DNA from: Candidatus Praeruminimicrobium purgamenti
GTDB taxonomy: Bacteria; Elusimicrobiota; Endomicrobiia; Endomicrobiales; Endomicrobiaceae
Length of the DNA stretch: 64,000 bases
Assembly: GCA_018433585.1 (NCBI GenBank)
Contig: JAHDQW010000005.1
Coordinates: forward strand, 113,059-177,058
Direction: 5' to 3'
A model generated the notes under the pieces. That model saw only the letters and a program-made list of their open reading frames with translations, ran no database searches and was not told the DNA's origin. Positions 40,448-50,385 of this stretch are shown here, piece by piece. The translations under genes were made by a program, and so were the position numbers. Positions within the stretch are counted from its first letter, which is position 1. Each line of letters begins with the position of its first letter.

Positions 40448-41683
40448 TTAAAACTTGTACACAAAATCAAACTGGCAAAGGCTTTTTGGCACATTACCGT
40501 CTATATTTGTCATCTGGTAATAATCTATTCCGAAAGAAAGAGCTTTTGTTAAGCCGAAAGTGGCTGTTAATTCATAACCTTTCCCTGCTTTTCCTCCGTA
40601 TGCGTCGCTGTCTCCCAGACCTTCAGGAACTGCATACTGTTCAAGATATCTGTACATAGCCTTTACCTGCCATGTCCCGAACTTATCCAGCTTATTATGT
40701 CCGAGACCTATACCTGCCAAATAGCCTGTCACGGCATCTTCATTATTAACTTTAGGCATATCGTTTTGTATGTTTTGAGCAAAGTCGCCGTATATATTAA
40801 ACGTTAAGCCTCCTATTGCGTTGTCAATATCAACAGATAAGCTTGGATTTACGACTTTATAATCATAATTTTTAACAATTCCTGTGCCTGCATTAGTTCT
40901 TCCCGCAAAATTAAACTGCTGGTATGCAAGACCTGCTTTTACTTTAACGTCTGACCGGCTGAACTCAATTACAGGCTGCAAAATATATGCGTCAGCCAAA
41001 AGATTTCCCTGTTTACCTTCGCCGAATGTATACCACCCTGCATTAGCCGTAAACTTTGAAGATTCGGATACAGATGTTTTTAAAGTCGCATTTACTCCGT
41101 CCGGATTATAATCTCCGTCCCAAAGCAAATCGCTTGTATTCCAAATTTGAGTTTTCGATTTAACCTTACCGCCCCTTACGGTCAAATACTCAAGAGGTTC
41201 ATACTGTATATAACCGTAATCAACCATTATCGGAGCTTTGTTCATATATTCAAACGTGTGGTTTGTAGAACTTGCTTCCGCATCTTTTACGCTTGTACCT
41301 GAAACGCCCATTGATCCTGTGGCAAGACCGAAACCGATCTGCATTTTCTCAACAGGTCTTGTTTCAACGCCGAGTCTCAATCTCATTCTTTCTCTAAGTC
41401 TTGAATTATTACTTGAATCCCAATCCGTCTGCGCTCTTAGTCTTAAATCACCCTGAAACGTCATATTCTGTACCCATTGAGGAACCAAGACAGATTTGCC
41501 GCTTAACAGCTCCTGTCTCGCCTGTTCATTTGATTCGGTAACAATCTGCTGAGCCTGTCCGTAAGAGATTACCCCTTTTTCCGCAAGTAAATTTGCGAGA
41601 TCTTCAACTCCTGACGCAAAAACTTTCCCTGACAACAGCATTACGCACGCTAACACTAACGCAAAACTTCCTTTTAACTTCAT
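40448..41683 (-). CDS. outer-membrane porin, probably phosphate-selective (OprO/P-like) by context
   Basis: From MKLKGSFALVLACVMLLSGKVFA (AAAGGAGG SD; preferred over track start 41743). Alternating beta-strand pattern and C-terminal ...FDFVYKF. Sits between phoR and pstS. Confidence 0.65.
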   Translation of the reverse strand: MKLKGSFALVLACVMLLSGKVFASGVEDLANLLAEKGVISYGQAQQIVTESNEQARQELLSGKSVLVPQWVQNMTFQGDLRLRAQTDWDSSNNSRLRERMRLRLGVETRPVEKMQIGFGLATGSMGVSGTSVKDAEASSTNHTFEYMNKAPIMVDYGYIQYEPLEYLTVRGGKVKSKTQIWNTSDLLWDGDYNPDGVNATLKTSVSESSKFTANAGWYTFGEGKQGNLLADAYILQPVIEFSRSDVKVKAGLAYQQFNFAGRTNAGTGIVKNYDYKVVNPSLSVDIDNAIGGLTFNIYGDFAQNIQNDMPKVNNEDAVTGYLAGIGLGHNKLDKFGTWQVKAMYRYLEQYAVPEGLGDSDAYGGKAGKGYELTATFGLTKALSFGIDYYQMTNIDGNVPKSLCQFDFVYKF

Positions 41684-41771
41684 ACTTCCTCCTTTTTCTA
41701 TAATTCTCATTCCCAAAATTTTGTTTATGGCAAAATAATACAAAATGAAAATTAAGTAAAAATGAAGGAAA

Positions 41772-41788
41772 TGTTAAAGATTTGTTAA
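41772..41788 (-). promoter_or_regulatory. candidate Pho box upstream of the porin-pstS unit
   Basis: Minus strand reads TTAACAaatctTTAACA (11-bp period), about 90-105 nt upstream of the porin ATG 41683. Confidence 0.45.
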
Positions 41789-41821
41789 GGGCTGATATTA
41801 AGTTTATCGGAAAGAATGCGG

Positions 41822-43549
41822 TTAAAATTTAACGGTAAAAACCGTGCCTGCGCTTTGCCTGCTTGAAACTTCTATAACCGCATTGTGATTGTTTACTATA
41901 TATTTAACAATAGATAATCCCAAACCTGTTCCGCCTGTTTTACGGCTTCTGGCTTTGTCAACCACATAAAACCGTTCGAATATTCTCGGCAAATGTTCTT
42001 CGGCTATGCCTATGCCGGTATCGGATACTGACAATATAACCCTGTTATCCTGTTTATCAAGCTTAACCGTAACAGCGCCTTTTTCCGTATATTTTATTGC
42101 GTTTTCTATTAAATTTATAAGCATCTGCTCTATATAAAATTCGTTTCCTGACACTGTATATTTTTCATCGTCTTTTTTTATAAACTGGAACGTTAAATTT
42201 TTTGCAGTTATTTTTCCCGCAAACAAATTCATTGTATCTGAAACAATTTTCCCCAAATCCAAAGAAGACATTTCAATATTTTTGTTATTTTCCATTTCGG
42301 AAAGAGACAAAAGGTCCGTAACTATCCTTGATAACCTTAAAGAATGTTTCTTTATTATTTCTATATAATGTCTGATATTTGCAATATCTGTTTCGGTTTC
42401 TATAGTTTCCACAAAACCGTTTATTGCCGTAAGAGGCGTTTTTAATTCATGAGAAGCGTTTGCCACAAATTCTCTTTTCATTAATTCCATTTGTTTCATC
42501 GAAGTAATATTATGAAAAGTTAAAACAATATTATCGCTTGTCAAAACGGAACAGGCCGTAAACAAAAAATATTTTTCTTCTTCTTTTATTTCTTTCGATA
42601 GAGCGGCATTGCTGTTTTTCGCAATATTTTTAACGGCGTCTTCAATCTCACCCGACCTGAAAATTTCCCAGTAATACTTATTGTCAGGATTTATATTTTT
42701 AAAGTGTTTTGCAAAAGCGTTATTGTGCATTAAAATCCTGCCGGATTTATCCAACAAAAGAATAGTATCGTCAACAGAAGACAGAATTTTATCCAGTTTG
42801 TCATTTTGTTCTTTTGTCTGCAAAAAGAGCTCTTCTATTTTTTCGCTCATAAAATTAAAACTTTCCGCCAGTTTGTCCAAATCGTCTTCGGATTTTGTAA
42901 GAATTTTTATTTTAAAATCGCCTTTTGCCATTCTTTCCGAAGCATTTCTCAGTTTTATGACTTTATCTGAAATATTTTTTGTAAAAAAATACGACAAAAA
43001 TAAAGCCGTAAAACAAGCCGCCAAAACTATTATAAGTATATTTTTTCTCATCTCCTGCGAAAAAATATTTATTTTGCTCAGCGGCATGCTGAGCCTTAAA
43101 ATTCCGGCCGTTTTCGAATTTATTTCAATCGGCGAAGCTATATAGAGCATTTCCTGGTTTAAAGTCGAGCTGTAACGTATATCGTACGCCGTTTCTCCGG
43201 CCAAAGCGCTTCTGACCTCTTTTCTGTTTAAATGATTCTGCATTTCAACGACATTTTTATCCGAATCCGAAATTACTTTACCGTCAACATCTATTACGGT
43301 GATTCTTCTTTGCATAGTTTTAGCCGTCATGTGCACAAAATAGTCAAGCTCTTTAATTTTATTCTGTTTTATAAAAGGCTTTATTTCTCTTAGCACGGTA
43401 TCTTTATTTACCGACAGCTGTTCTATAAATATCTGCTTGTTTTGTTTCTTGATATACTGGTTTGTCGCTATGAAAAAAATAAATGAAGTGCAGAAAATGC
43501 TTACGATGAAAGACAAAAATAATTTTATAAAAAAACTATTTATCTTCAA
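41822..43549 (-). CDS. phoR: phosphate regulon sensor histidine kinase
   Basis: 575 aa. Two TM helices, HAMP, PAS-like region, H-box SHELKTPLTAI, and ATPase G-boxes GTGLGLSIV. Confidence 0.85.
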   Translation of the reverse strand: MKINSFFIKLFLSFIVSIFCTSFIFFIATNQYIKKQNKQIFIEQLSVNKDTVLREIKPFIKQNKIKELDYFVHMTAKTMQRRITVIDVDGKVISDSDKNVVEMQNHLNRKEVRSALAGETAYDIRYSSTLNQEMLYIASPIEINSKTAGILRLSMPLSKINIFSQEMRKNILIIVLAACFTALFLSYFFTKNISDKVIKLRNASERMAKGDFKIKILTKSEDDLDKLAESFNFMSEKIEELFLQTKEQNDKLDKILSSVDDTILLLDKSGRILMHNNAFAKHFKNINPDNKYYWEIFRSGEIEDAVKNIAKNSNAALSKEIKEEEKYFLFTACSVLTSDNIVLTFHNITSMKQMELMKREFVANASHELKTPLTAINGFVETIETETDIANIRHYIEIIKKHSLRLSRIVTDLLSLSEMENNKNIEMSSLDLGKIVSDTMNLFAGKITAKNLTFQFIKKDDEKYTVSGNEFYIEQMLINLIENAIKYTEKGAVTVKLDKQDNRVILSVSDTGIGIAEEHLPRIFERFYVVDKARSRKTGGTGLGLSIVKYIVNNHNAVIEVSSRQSAGTVFTVKF

Positions 43550-44219
43550 TTTTATAACCTACGCCGTGTATATTTTTTATAACGCTTCCGAATTTGCCGA
43601 GTTTTGTTCTCAAATGCCTTATATGGACATCTATCGTTCTGTCAAAGATATCCTTGTCTTCCCATATATAATCCAAAATTTTTTCTCTGGAAAAAACAAA
43701 TCCTTTTTTTGACATCAACAATTCAAGGAGTTTGAATTCCGTATTTGTAACGTCAATTTTTTTACCGTCGACAATTATATTAAATTCTTCTTTATTAAGT
43801 TTTATCCTGCCGTCCGCCGCTGAAGTCTCTTTTAAAGCGGCTTTTGTTTCAGTCCTTCTTAAAACAGCTTTAACCCTTGCGACAAGCTCTTTTGGAGAAA
43901 AAGGTTTTGTAACGTAGTCGTCGGCTCCGAGTTCAAGTCCTATGATTTTGTCTGTTTCTTCGGATTTTGCGCTCAGCATTATTATCGGAACGCTTTTAAG
44001 AACCGGATCATTTTTCACTTTTTTACATATATCGTATCCGTCCATATCGGGAAGCATAATATCGAGTATCATTAAATCAGGAATTTTTTTATTTATCTGT
44101 TTGAATAAATCCGAGGCATTCCCGTATGTCTGGACACTATAGCCGTTTTTTTTCAGATTAACTGACAATAACTCCAATATATCTTCTTCATCGTCGACAA
44201 TCGTAATAAGTTTAGGCAT
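43536..44219 (-). CDS. phoB: phosphate regulon response regulator (OmpR/PhoB family)
   Basis: 227 aa. Receiver domain (DLMILDIMLPDMDG) plus winged-helix (VHIRHLRTKL). Overlaps phoR by 14 nt. Confidence 0.88.
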   Translation of the reverse strand: MPKLITIVDDEEDILELLSVNLKKNGYSVQTYGNASDLFKQINKKIPDLMILDIMLPDMDGYDICKKVKNDPVLKSVPIIMLSAKSEETDKIIGLELGADDYVTKPFSPKELVARVKAVLRRTETKAALKETSAADGRIKLNKEEFNIIVDGKKIDVTNTEFKLLELLMSKKGFVFSREKILDYIWEDKDIFDRTIDVHIRHLRTKLGKFGSVIKNIHGVGYKIEDK

Positions 44220-44286
44220 TTATTACCCCTGTGTTTATAATAACGCTGTATTTATATTACTAAAAAATATTATTATAAACAAACTG

Positions 44287-44976
44287 TCAGAATATAAGTT
44301 TAATTATCAGCGGCGCAATAAGAGCCGTTGTAACGCATGATAAAACAAGAGTAATTGTGCTGACGGCGGCCTGAAGAGAGTTTTCATCGTAACATTTGGC
44401 AGTTCCGAGAACATGGCTTACAGAACCGATGGCAACTCCTATGGCGAGATTATTTTTGACGTTTATTCCTTTCAATATCCAATGACCGAAAATAGCTCCG
44501 AACATGCCTGAAAAAATCGTAAGCAAAATTGTTATTTCCGGTTTGCCTCCGAGAACTTTTGATATCTCGATTGCTACGGGAGTCGTAACCGCTTTCGGAA
44601 CGATTGACAGCATTATGTCCGGATTTGCCTTTAAAAGCAACGCTACGCAGACAACCGATAAAACGGCAAATACCGTTGAAATGCATACCCCTATAAGAAT
44701 TATACTGTAATTTTTCTGCAAAACTTTAAGATTTTTTATCAAAGGGAGAGAAAAAGCTATGATTGCCGGACCAAGCAAAAAAGTCAGGATTTTCCCGCCT
44801 GAGTTATAAACGTTGTAGTCTACTTTAAACAATGCGTTTAAAATATAAATTATTACGGCGCATAAAATAACCGGAGGAATCACGGAAAGATGCTTTATGT
44901 TCCTAATTTTTGACGACATCTTATAAACGGCTATCGTGATTGCGATTATTAAGATTTTTATAAATATATTTTCCAT
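44287..44976 (-). CDS. lrgB: LrgB/CidB-family membrane protein
   Basis: 229 aa polytopic protein with PKAVTTPVAIEIS motif. Follows lrgA. Confidence 0.85.
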   Translation of the reverse strand: MENIFIKILIIAITIAVYKMSSKIRNIKHLSVIPPVILCAVIIYILNALFKVDYNVYNSGGKILTFLLGPAIIAFSLPLIKNLKVLQKNYSIILIGVCISTVFAVLSVVCVALLLKANPDIMLSIVPKAVTTPVAIEISKVLGGKPEITILLTIFSGMFGAIFGHWILKGINVKNNLAIGVAIGSVSHVLGTAKCYDENSLQAAVSTITLVLSCVTTALIAPLIIKLIF

Positions 44977-44977
44977 G

Positions 44978-45367
44978 TTATCTTTTTGAAAGCTGCTCTT
45001 TTCTTTTCCTGTATATTTTTTTCATGAGCAAATACTGCACCAGCAACCCTGTTACTATTATTAAAACTACTGAAGTTATTATAAAAATTTCAAAAATTAC
45101 CATAAGGTCATTTTTAACCACAAATAAATAACCTATGCCTCCGACCAAAAGAGGCACAAAAAACAAGCTGATGTTATTCAGCAGCAGTTCTCCCCCGTAC
45201 TCTATAAATTCCACTTTGATAATTTTAAAATACATCAGAAGACTTAAAATTATCATACCTATAAGAGATGCCGGAAAATTAATATTCAACGCTGATACAA
45301 GCCGCTGGCATAAAAAGTTCAATCCTATAAGGAGGCATAAAGATGCCGCTGTTTTTATTAATTTCAT
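44978..45367 (-). CDS. lrgA: LrgA/CidA-family holin-like membrane protein
   Basis: 129 aa with 4 TM helices. PASLIGMIIL motif. Confidence 0.8.
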   Translation of the reverse strand: MKLIKTAASLCLLIGLNFLCQRLVSALNINFPASLIGMIILSLLMYFKIIKVEFIEYGGELLLNNISLFFVPLLVGGIGYLFVVKNDLMVIFEIFIITSVVLIIVTGLLVQYLLMKKIYRKRKEQLSKR

Positions 45368-45371
45368 ATTT

Positions 45372-46532
45372 TTATTTATTTAAAATAATTTTTGCCGTAT
45401 GGGCGATATATTCCGACGCCGAAGGAAGAGCCGTCTCATCCAAATCAAATTGTTCGTGATGCCAAGGATAAGACGTTGCTTTGTTTGAAGATGTTCCTAC
45501 ATATATAAAACAGCCTTTAACTTCTTTTAAGTACTCGGCAAAATCTTCTCCGCCCATTGACGGTTCTTTAAGCAAATCTACAGATTTTTCTCCGTAACAT
45601 TCTTTTGCGCTTTCAACGCATATATCAACCATTGACTCGTCATTTATAAGCGGACTTCCAAGCAGTCTGTAATCGGCGCTGTAAGTCATGCCGTAAATTT
45701 TGCATATCCCGTCAAGTCTTTTCATTATCTCTTTTTTTATAATTTCTCTTGTTTTTATATTTAACGTTCTCACCGTACCGGTAAGTTTTACGTTATCGCA
45801 AATAATATTATATCTCTCGCCGCCTTTTATTTCGCCTACGGTTATAACGGCAGGCTCAAGAGGGTTTAAAATTCTAGAAACTATATTTTGCAGAGAAGTA
45901 ACGAACTCAGAAGCTGCTACTATGGAGTCTTTCGACAAATGAGGATACGCTCCGTGGCCTAAAAGACCTTTTATTTCAATTACAAATTTATCTACGCCGG
46001 CCATCATCGCGCCGTATTTTAAAGCAACCCTTCCCGTTTTAATCCATGGGCTGACATGAACTCCCAAAATACAGTCAACTTTATTTTTTGACAAAGCGCC
46101 GGCATCTATCATTCTCTGCGCTCCGCCGGAAGCTTCTTCGTTCGGCTGAAACAGAAATTGCACTTTTCCCGAAAAATCTTTTGCCTGTTCGGATAAAAGC
46201 ATTGCCGCGCCGAGCATAATTGTTGTATTCCCGTCATGTCCGCAGGCGTGCATAATTCCTTTATTTTTTGACGAATAAGGAGTTTTATTTTTTTCAAATA
46301 TCGGCAATGCGTCCAAATCGGCTCTTAAAGCTATAGTCTTTGCTTTATTTCCGCTTTGTTTTTTACCTTCTATGACGCCTATAACTCCGGTACCGCAAAG
46401 CCTGTAAGTTTTTACTTTGTGTTCTTTTAATATTTTTTCGACAAAAGCGGCTGTTTTAAATTCTTCGTTTCCCAATTCAGGATATTGATGTATGGTCCTT
46501 CTTATATTTTGTAATTCTTTTAACAAATTCAT
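45372..46532 (-). CDS. M20D-family amidohydrolase (N-acyl-amino-acid amidohydrolase-like)
   Basis: 386 aa with RRTIHQYPELGNEE, MHACGHDGN and PNEEASGGA motifs. Confidence 0.85.
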   Translation of the reverse strand: MNLLKELQNIRRTIHQYPELGNEEFKTAAFVEKILKEHKVKTYRLCGTGVIGVIEGKKQSGNKAKTIALRADLDALPIFEKNKTPYSSKNKGIMHACGHDGNTTIMLGAAMLLSEQAKDFSGKVQFLFQPNEEASGGAQRMIDAGALSKNKVDCILGVHVSPWIKTGRVALKYGAMMAGVDKFVIEIKGLLGHGAYPHLSKDSIVAASEFVTSLQNIVSRILNPLEPAVITVGEIKGGERYNIICDNVKLTGTVRTLNIKTREIIKKEIMKRLDGICKIYGMTYSADYRLLGSPLINDESMVDICVESAKECYGEKSVDLLKEPSMGGEDFAEYLKEVKGCFIYVGTSSNKATSYPWHHEQFDLDETALPSASEYIAHTAKIILNK

Positions 46533-47398
46533 TTTATGCTCCCGATAGCCGATGCAATATTGTCAATTATATCGCTTGCAATAAGCGACGTTTGAGTTTT
46601 TTCTGCGGCTGCTTTATCGCCTGCAAGTCCGTGCACATATACGGCAGACGCAACCTTAAGCATCAAGTTTTTATTTTTATTACAGACAAAAGCAGAAATT
46701 ATTCCTGCCAAAACATCGCCGCTTCCGGCCGTTGCCATACCTGCGTTTCCGCTGTTATTGACATATATACCGCGGCCGTCGCTGACTATTGTTTTATGCC
46801 CTTTCAACACACAAATTATACCATTATTTGAAGCAAAAGTTTTAGCAGCTTCACGTCTGAAAGAATCTGCCGGATTATAAGGCATTCCTGATATTCTTTC
46901 AAATTCTTTCGGATGCGGAGTGAGAATAATCTTTGCTTTTGCATTTACAAAATCTTTAATTATGCCGTTTTTCTGCATCTTTTGAAAAGAATTAATTCCG
47001 TCGGCATCTATCGTAACAAAAATATCATATTTTTTAATAATGGCCGTTATTAATTTTTTTATGTTACTGTTTTGTCCGGCGCCGCAGCCTGCAACTACCG
47101 AAGTTATTTTTTTCTTTTCTATAAAATTTATTATTTCTTTTACGGCTTTGAAAGATATTTCTCCTATCTTATCTTTTAAAGGCAACAGCATGATTTCAGG
47201 TTTAATATTTTTGGCAATTACAGGATAAGCTGATTCGGGAAAAGCAAAGGTTACGAGACCGGCTCCGGATCGTATAGCCGAATTCGCGCATAATATTCCT
47301 GCGCCGGGCATATTGTAAGAGCTTCCTACTACCAGCACATGCCCGAAATCATTTTTATGACTGAAAGGACTTCTTTTAAAAATATTATGAATTTTCAT
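46529..47398 (-). CDS. nnrD: ADP-dependent NAD(P)H-hydrate dehydratase (YjeF C-terminal domain only)
   Basis: 289 aa with KNDFGHVLVVGSS, LTPHPKEF and GSGDVLAG motifs. Confidence 0.85.
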   Translation of the reverse strand: MKIHNIFKRSPFSHKNDFGHVLVVGSSYNMPGAGILCANSAIRSGAGLVTFAFPESAYPVIAKNIKPEIMLLPLKDKIGEISFKAVKEIINFIEKKKITSVVAGCGAGQNSNIKKLITAIIKKYDIFVTIDADGINSFQKMQKNGIIKDFVNAKAKIILTPHPKEFERISGMPYNPADSFRREAAKTFASNNGIICVLKGHKTIVSDGRGIYVNNSGNAGMATAGSGDVLAGIISAFVCNKNKNLMLKVASAVYVHGLAGDKAAAEKTQTSLIASDIIDNIASAIGSIK

Positions 47399-47400
47399 AT

Positions 47401-47736
47401 TTATTCGGATACTATGGCAACAGCGACAACCGTATTTTTCGTATGTGAAAATGAAATATCAATATCAGAAGCTTTTTTATTTTTTATATATACTTCAGGT
47501 TTACCGCTGTCTATATTTTTAAAAGAAATATCCGTTATTGAAACATTCTTTTTGCTGTTGATTGCTTTCCAAACTGCTTCTTTGCCTGCAAATCTGACCG
47601 CAAAATGCTGGGATAAATTTTTTTTTGACATACAGTAGTCTATTTCGTTTTGAGAAAAAACTCTTTTCAGGAATGCCGTATCTTTTACAAGTTTTGAAAA
47701 TCTTTTTACTTCTTCAATATCTATGCCAATTTTCAT
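47401..47736 (-). CDS. acpS: holo-[acyl-carrier-protein] synthase
   Basis: 111 aa with MKIGIDIEEVKRF and FAGKEAVWKA motifs. Confidence 0.9.
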   Translation of the reverse strand: MKIGIDIEEVKRFSKLVKDTAFLKRVFSQNEIDYCMSKKNLSQHFAVRFAGKEAVWKAINSKKNVSITDISFKNIDSGKPEVYIKNKKASDIDISFSHTKNTVVAVAIVSE

Positions 47737-47748
47737 ATTTACCTACAG

Positions 47749-47777
47749 AAAAAACATATACCTGCTTTAGGCAGGTA
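47749..47777 (-). terminator. Rho-independent terminator downstream of the small ORF / pheST unit
   Basis: 7-bp stem TACCTGC (47759-47765) / GCAGGTA (47771-47777) with a 5-nt loop. On the minus strand it is followed by TATG then T6. Confidence 0.6.
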
Positions 47778-47818
47778 CATGTTTAAAAAATATGGGATAA
47801 ACCGGCAAACGGCATTCA

Positions 47819-47923
47819 TTAATAATACATGTCGCTTGCAGATATTATTGAATCCAATTCAACTTTTATTTTAGTAAGTTTAGGCTTTGACCAAACCTTT
47901 TTTTTAGTTTTTTTTGTTGACAT
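47819..47923 (-). CDS. unannotated 34-aa basic small ORF (MSTKKTKKKVWSKPKLTKIKVELDSIISASDMYY)
   Basis: Below the ORF-track cutoff. AAAGAGG SD lies 4 nt before ATG 47923. A TTGATT-17-TATAAT promoter sits upstream and a terminator downstream, inside an otherwise unexplained 256-nt gap. Confidence 0.35.
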   Translation of the reverse strand: MSTKKTKKKVWSKPKLTKIKVELDSIISASDMYY

Positions 47924-47956
47924 AAAACCTCTTTATTACACTCTTCTCTCTTATTA

Positions 47957-47985
47957 ATTATATATTATGAATACAAAAAAATCAA
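47957..47985 (-). promoter_or_regulatory. candidate sigma70-type promoter for the small ORF
   Basis: Minus strand reads TTGATT (47985-47980), 17-nt spacer, TATAAT (47962-47957), 33 nt upstream of ATG 47923. Confidence 0.35.
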
Positions 47986-47992
47986 TACGGTT

Positions 47993-50362
47993 TTAACTTC
48001 TCAGTTTTATTCCCAAATCGCCGTCTAACTTATTTAAAAGAGACTGCATATCGGCGTTAACTTCAGCATCGTTTAAAGTCTTATCATTATGTCTGTAAAA
48101 CAGTCTGAAAGAATAGCTTATTTTATCGGAGCCCAGTTTTTCGCTTTCATAAACTGAAAAAAGGTTAAAATCCTTTAAAATTCCGCCTGTTTTCATAACC
48201 TGCTTAATTACTTTTTCTATTTTATCAAACTTAACTTCCTTTGAACTTACAACGGAAATATCTCTTTTTACGGAAGGAAATTTTGCGACATGTTCGTAAG
48301 TATTGACTTTAATCTTATATTCGCTTTCTATACTTTCTATATCCATTTCGGCATAAATGACTTCATTCTGCGTATTTTCGGTAATGTCAGGTCTCAAAAC
48401 GCCGAACTGTCCTACAGGTTTCCCTCTGTAAACAATTGCGGCTGTTTTTCCCGGATGATAATATTTTTCAGGACTTCTGTTTTCGGATATTGTAAATTCA
48501 TTTGACGGAAGTATTCTGTTTATTACTCCTCCGGCAAAATAAAAGTCAAAAACAGGGTTTATCTTATTTTCTTCCCATTTCCACCATGTCTGCCAAACCG
48601 TCCCCGACATTAAAATACCCAAAACTTTTCTTTCGCCTTTGGCGTCAAAAATCCTGCCTATTTCGAATATTTTTATATCGTTTGTGCCTTGTCCGGAATT
48701 AAAATTGAAATTCTTCATCAATCCGACGAGCAAAGAAGGTCTTAAAACTTCGTTTTCTTTTGAAATAGGATTTGCTATTTTATAGCTGTAATTCAGGAAC
48801 AATTTGTCCAAATCCTTTATTTCCGCAAAGCTGTAATTCATAACTTCGCAAAAGCCCAAACCGACAAGGCCGCTGCTGATATTTTTTATTATTTTGTTTG
48901 AAGACAGATTTTGTTTGCCTGCGCCGGCAAAAGAATTTGATTCTTTTACTACCGGAATATTTTCATAACCGTTTACTCTTGCAATTTCTTCTATCAAATC
49001 TATTTCTTCTTTGATGTCGTTTCTGTATGAAGGAACTTCAGCTATAAGAACTTTTTCGACTTTGGTGCTTATTTCTATGCCTAAAAATCTTAATATATTA
49101 GCGATAGTTTTTTCGTCTATTTCATATCCGAGAATTTTTGCAACTCTTTCCACTCTCAGCTGAATTATAACTTTTTTGTTATCGGGAGAATTTACATCTT
49201 CTCTTAATTCAAGTCTTCCTCCGGCAAGCTCGGCAATAAGATTTACAGCTCTCCAGCTTGCCATCTCAGCAACTTCCCATGAAGTTCCTCTCTCGTATCT
49301 GTAGGAAGCATCCGTAGAAATATTTAAAGTTCTTGCTGTTTTTCTTATGTTACCAGGATTAAAAACAGCGCTTTCTAAAAATATATCGGTTGTTGTTTCG
49401 TTAATTGAAGAAAACTCGCCGCCTATCACGCCTGCTACGGCAAGCGGTTTTGACGCATCGGCAATAAGAAGCATATTAGATGTAAGTTCATGAGTTTTTC
49501 CGTCAAGAGTTGTTATTTTTTCTCCCTGGTTTGCTCTTCTTACTATAATTTTTCCTCCGCTTATTGTTGAAGAATCAAAAGCATGAAGTGGATGCCCAAG
49601 CTCTAAAAGGACGTAATTCGTTATATCGACTATATTATTAATCGATTTTATTCCGCAGCTTTCAAGCCTGTCAGCCATCCATTTCGGAGACGGGCCGATT
49701 TTAACGCCCTTTATTTGACATCCTATATATCTGGTACATAAATCTTTGTCTTTTATCTCTATAACATTGCTTTCTGAAAATTTTACATTTTTAATAATAG
49801 GCAGATTCGGTATTTTTTGAAGTTTTGCGGCTATTTCCCTGGCAACGCCCCAATGACTAAGACAATCGCCTCTGTTTGTCGTTATTTCTATTTCCAAAAT
49901 AGTATCAGCTTCGCCCAAAACGTCTTCCAAATTTTTACCCAACGGCGTATCTTCGCCTAAAACCATAATCCCGTCAGATTCCGCCTTAAGCCCAAGCTCC
50001 TGTTCGGAACATATCATTCCTTCAGAAGCAACTCCTCTTATTTTCGCAGGCTTTATGACAAAATCTCCAGGAAGAACAGCGCCAAGCACCGCTAACGGAA
50101 TAATCTGACCGGCTTCAACGTTTTTTGCGCCGCAGACTATTTCATATTCTTTGTTGCCGTCATTAACCCTGCATATTGAAAGTTTGTCGGCATTAGGATG
50201 TTTTTGTCTGTCGACAACTTTGGCCGTAATAACGCCTTTCCACTGGACGCCCCCGCTTATGACGGATGTTTCAACTCCCAAAGAAGTAAGCGTATGGCAA
50301 AGCTCTTGCGGCGATAAATCGAAATCAACTATGTCTCTGAGCCAATTATACGAAATCTTCAT
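47993..50362 (-). CDS. pheT: phenylalanine--tRNA ligase beta subunit
   Basis: 789 aa. MKISYNWLRD N-terminus, tRNA-binding domain, B3/4 and B5 domains. Confidence 0.95.
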   Translation of the reverse strand: MKISYNWLRDIVDFDLSPQELCHTLTSLGVETSVISGGVQWKGVITAKVVDRQKHPNADKLSICRVNDGNKEYEIVCGAKNVEAGQIIPLAVLGAVLPGDFVIKPAKIRGVASEGMICSEQELGLKAESDGIMVLGEDTPLGKNLEDVLGEADTILEIEITTNRGDCLSHWGVAREIAAKLQKIPNLPIIKNVKFSESNVIEIKDKDLCTRYIGCQIKGVKIGPSPKWMADRLESCGIKSINNIVDITNYVLLELGHPLHAFDSSTISGGKIIVRRANQGEKITTLDGKTHELTSNMLLIADASKPLAVAGVIGGEFSSINETTTDIFLESAVFNPGNIRKTARTLNISTDASYRYERGTSWEVAEMASWRAVNLIAELAGGRLELREDVNSPDNKKVIIQLRVERVAKILGYEIDEKTIANILRFLGIEISTKVEKVLIAEVPSYRNDIKEEIDLIEEIARVNGYENIPVVKESNSFAGAGKQNLSSNKIIKNISSGLVGLGFCEVMNYSFAEIKDLDKLFLNYSYKIANPISKENEVLRPSLLVGLMKNFNFNSGQGTNDIKIFEIGRIFDAKGERKVLGILMSGTVWQTWWKWEENKINPVFDFYFAGGVINRILPSNEFTISENRSPEKYYHPGKTAAIVYRGKPVGQFGVLRPDITENTQNEVIYAEMDIESIESEYKIKVNTYEHVAKFPSVKRDISVVSSKEVKFDKIEKVIKQVMKTGGILKDFNLFSVYESEKLGSDKISYSFRLFYRHNDKTLNDAEVNADMQSLLNKLDGDLGIKLRS

Positions 50363-50385
50363 TTATATATATCCTCTTTTCTTAA

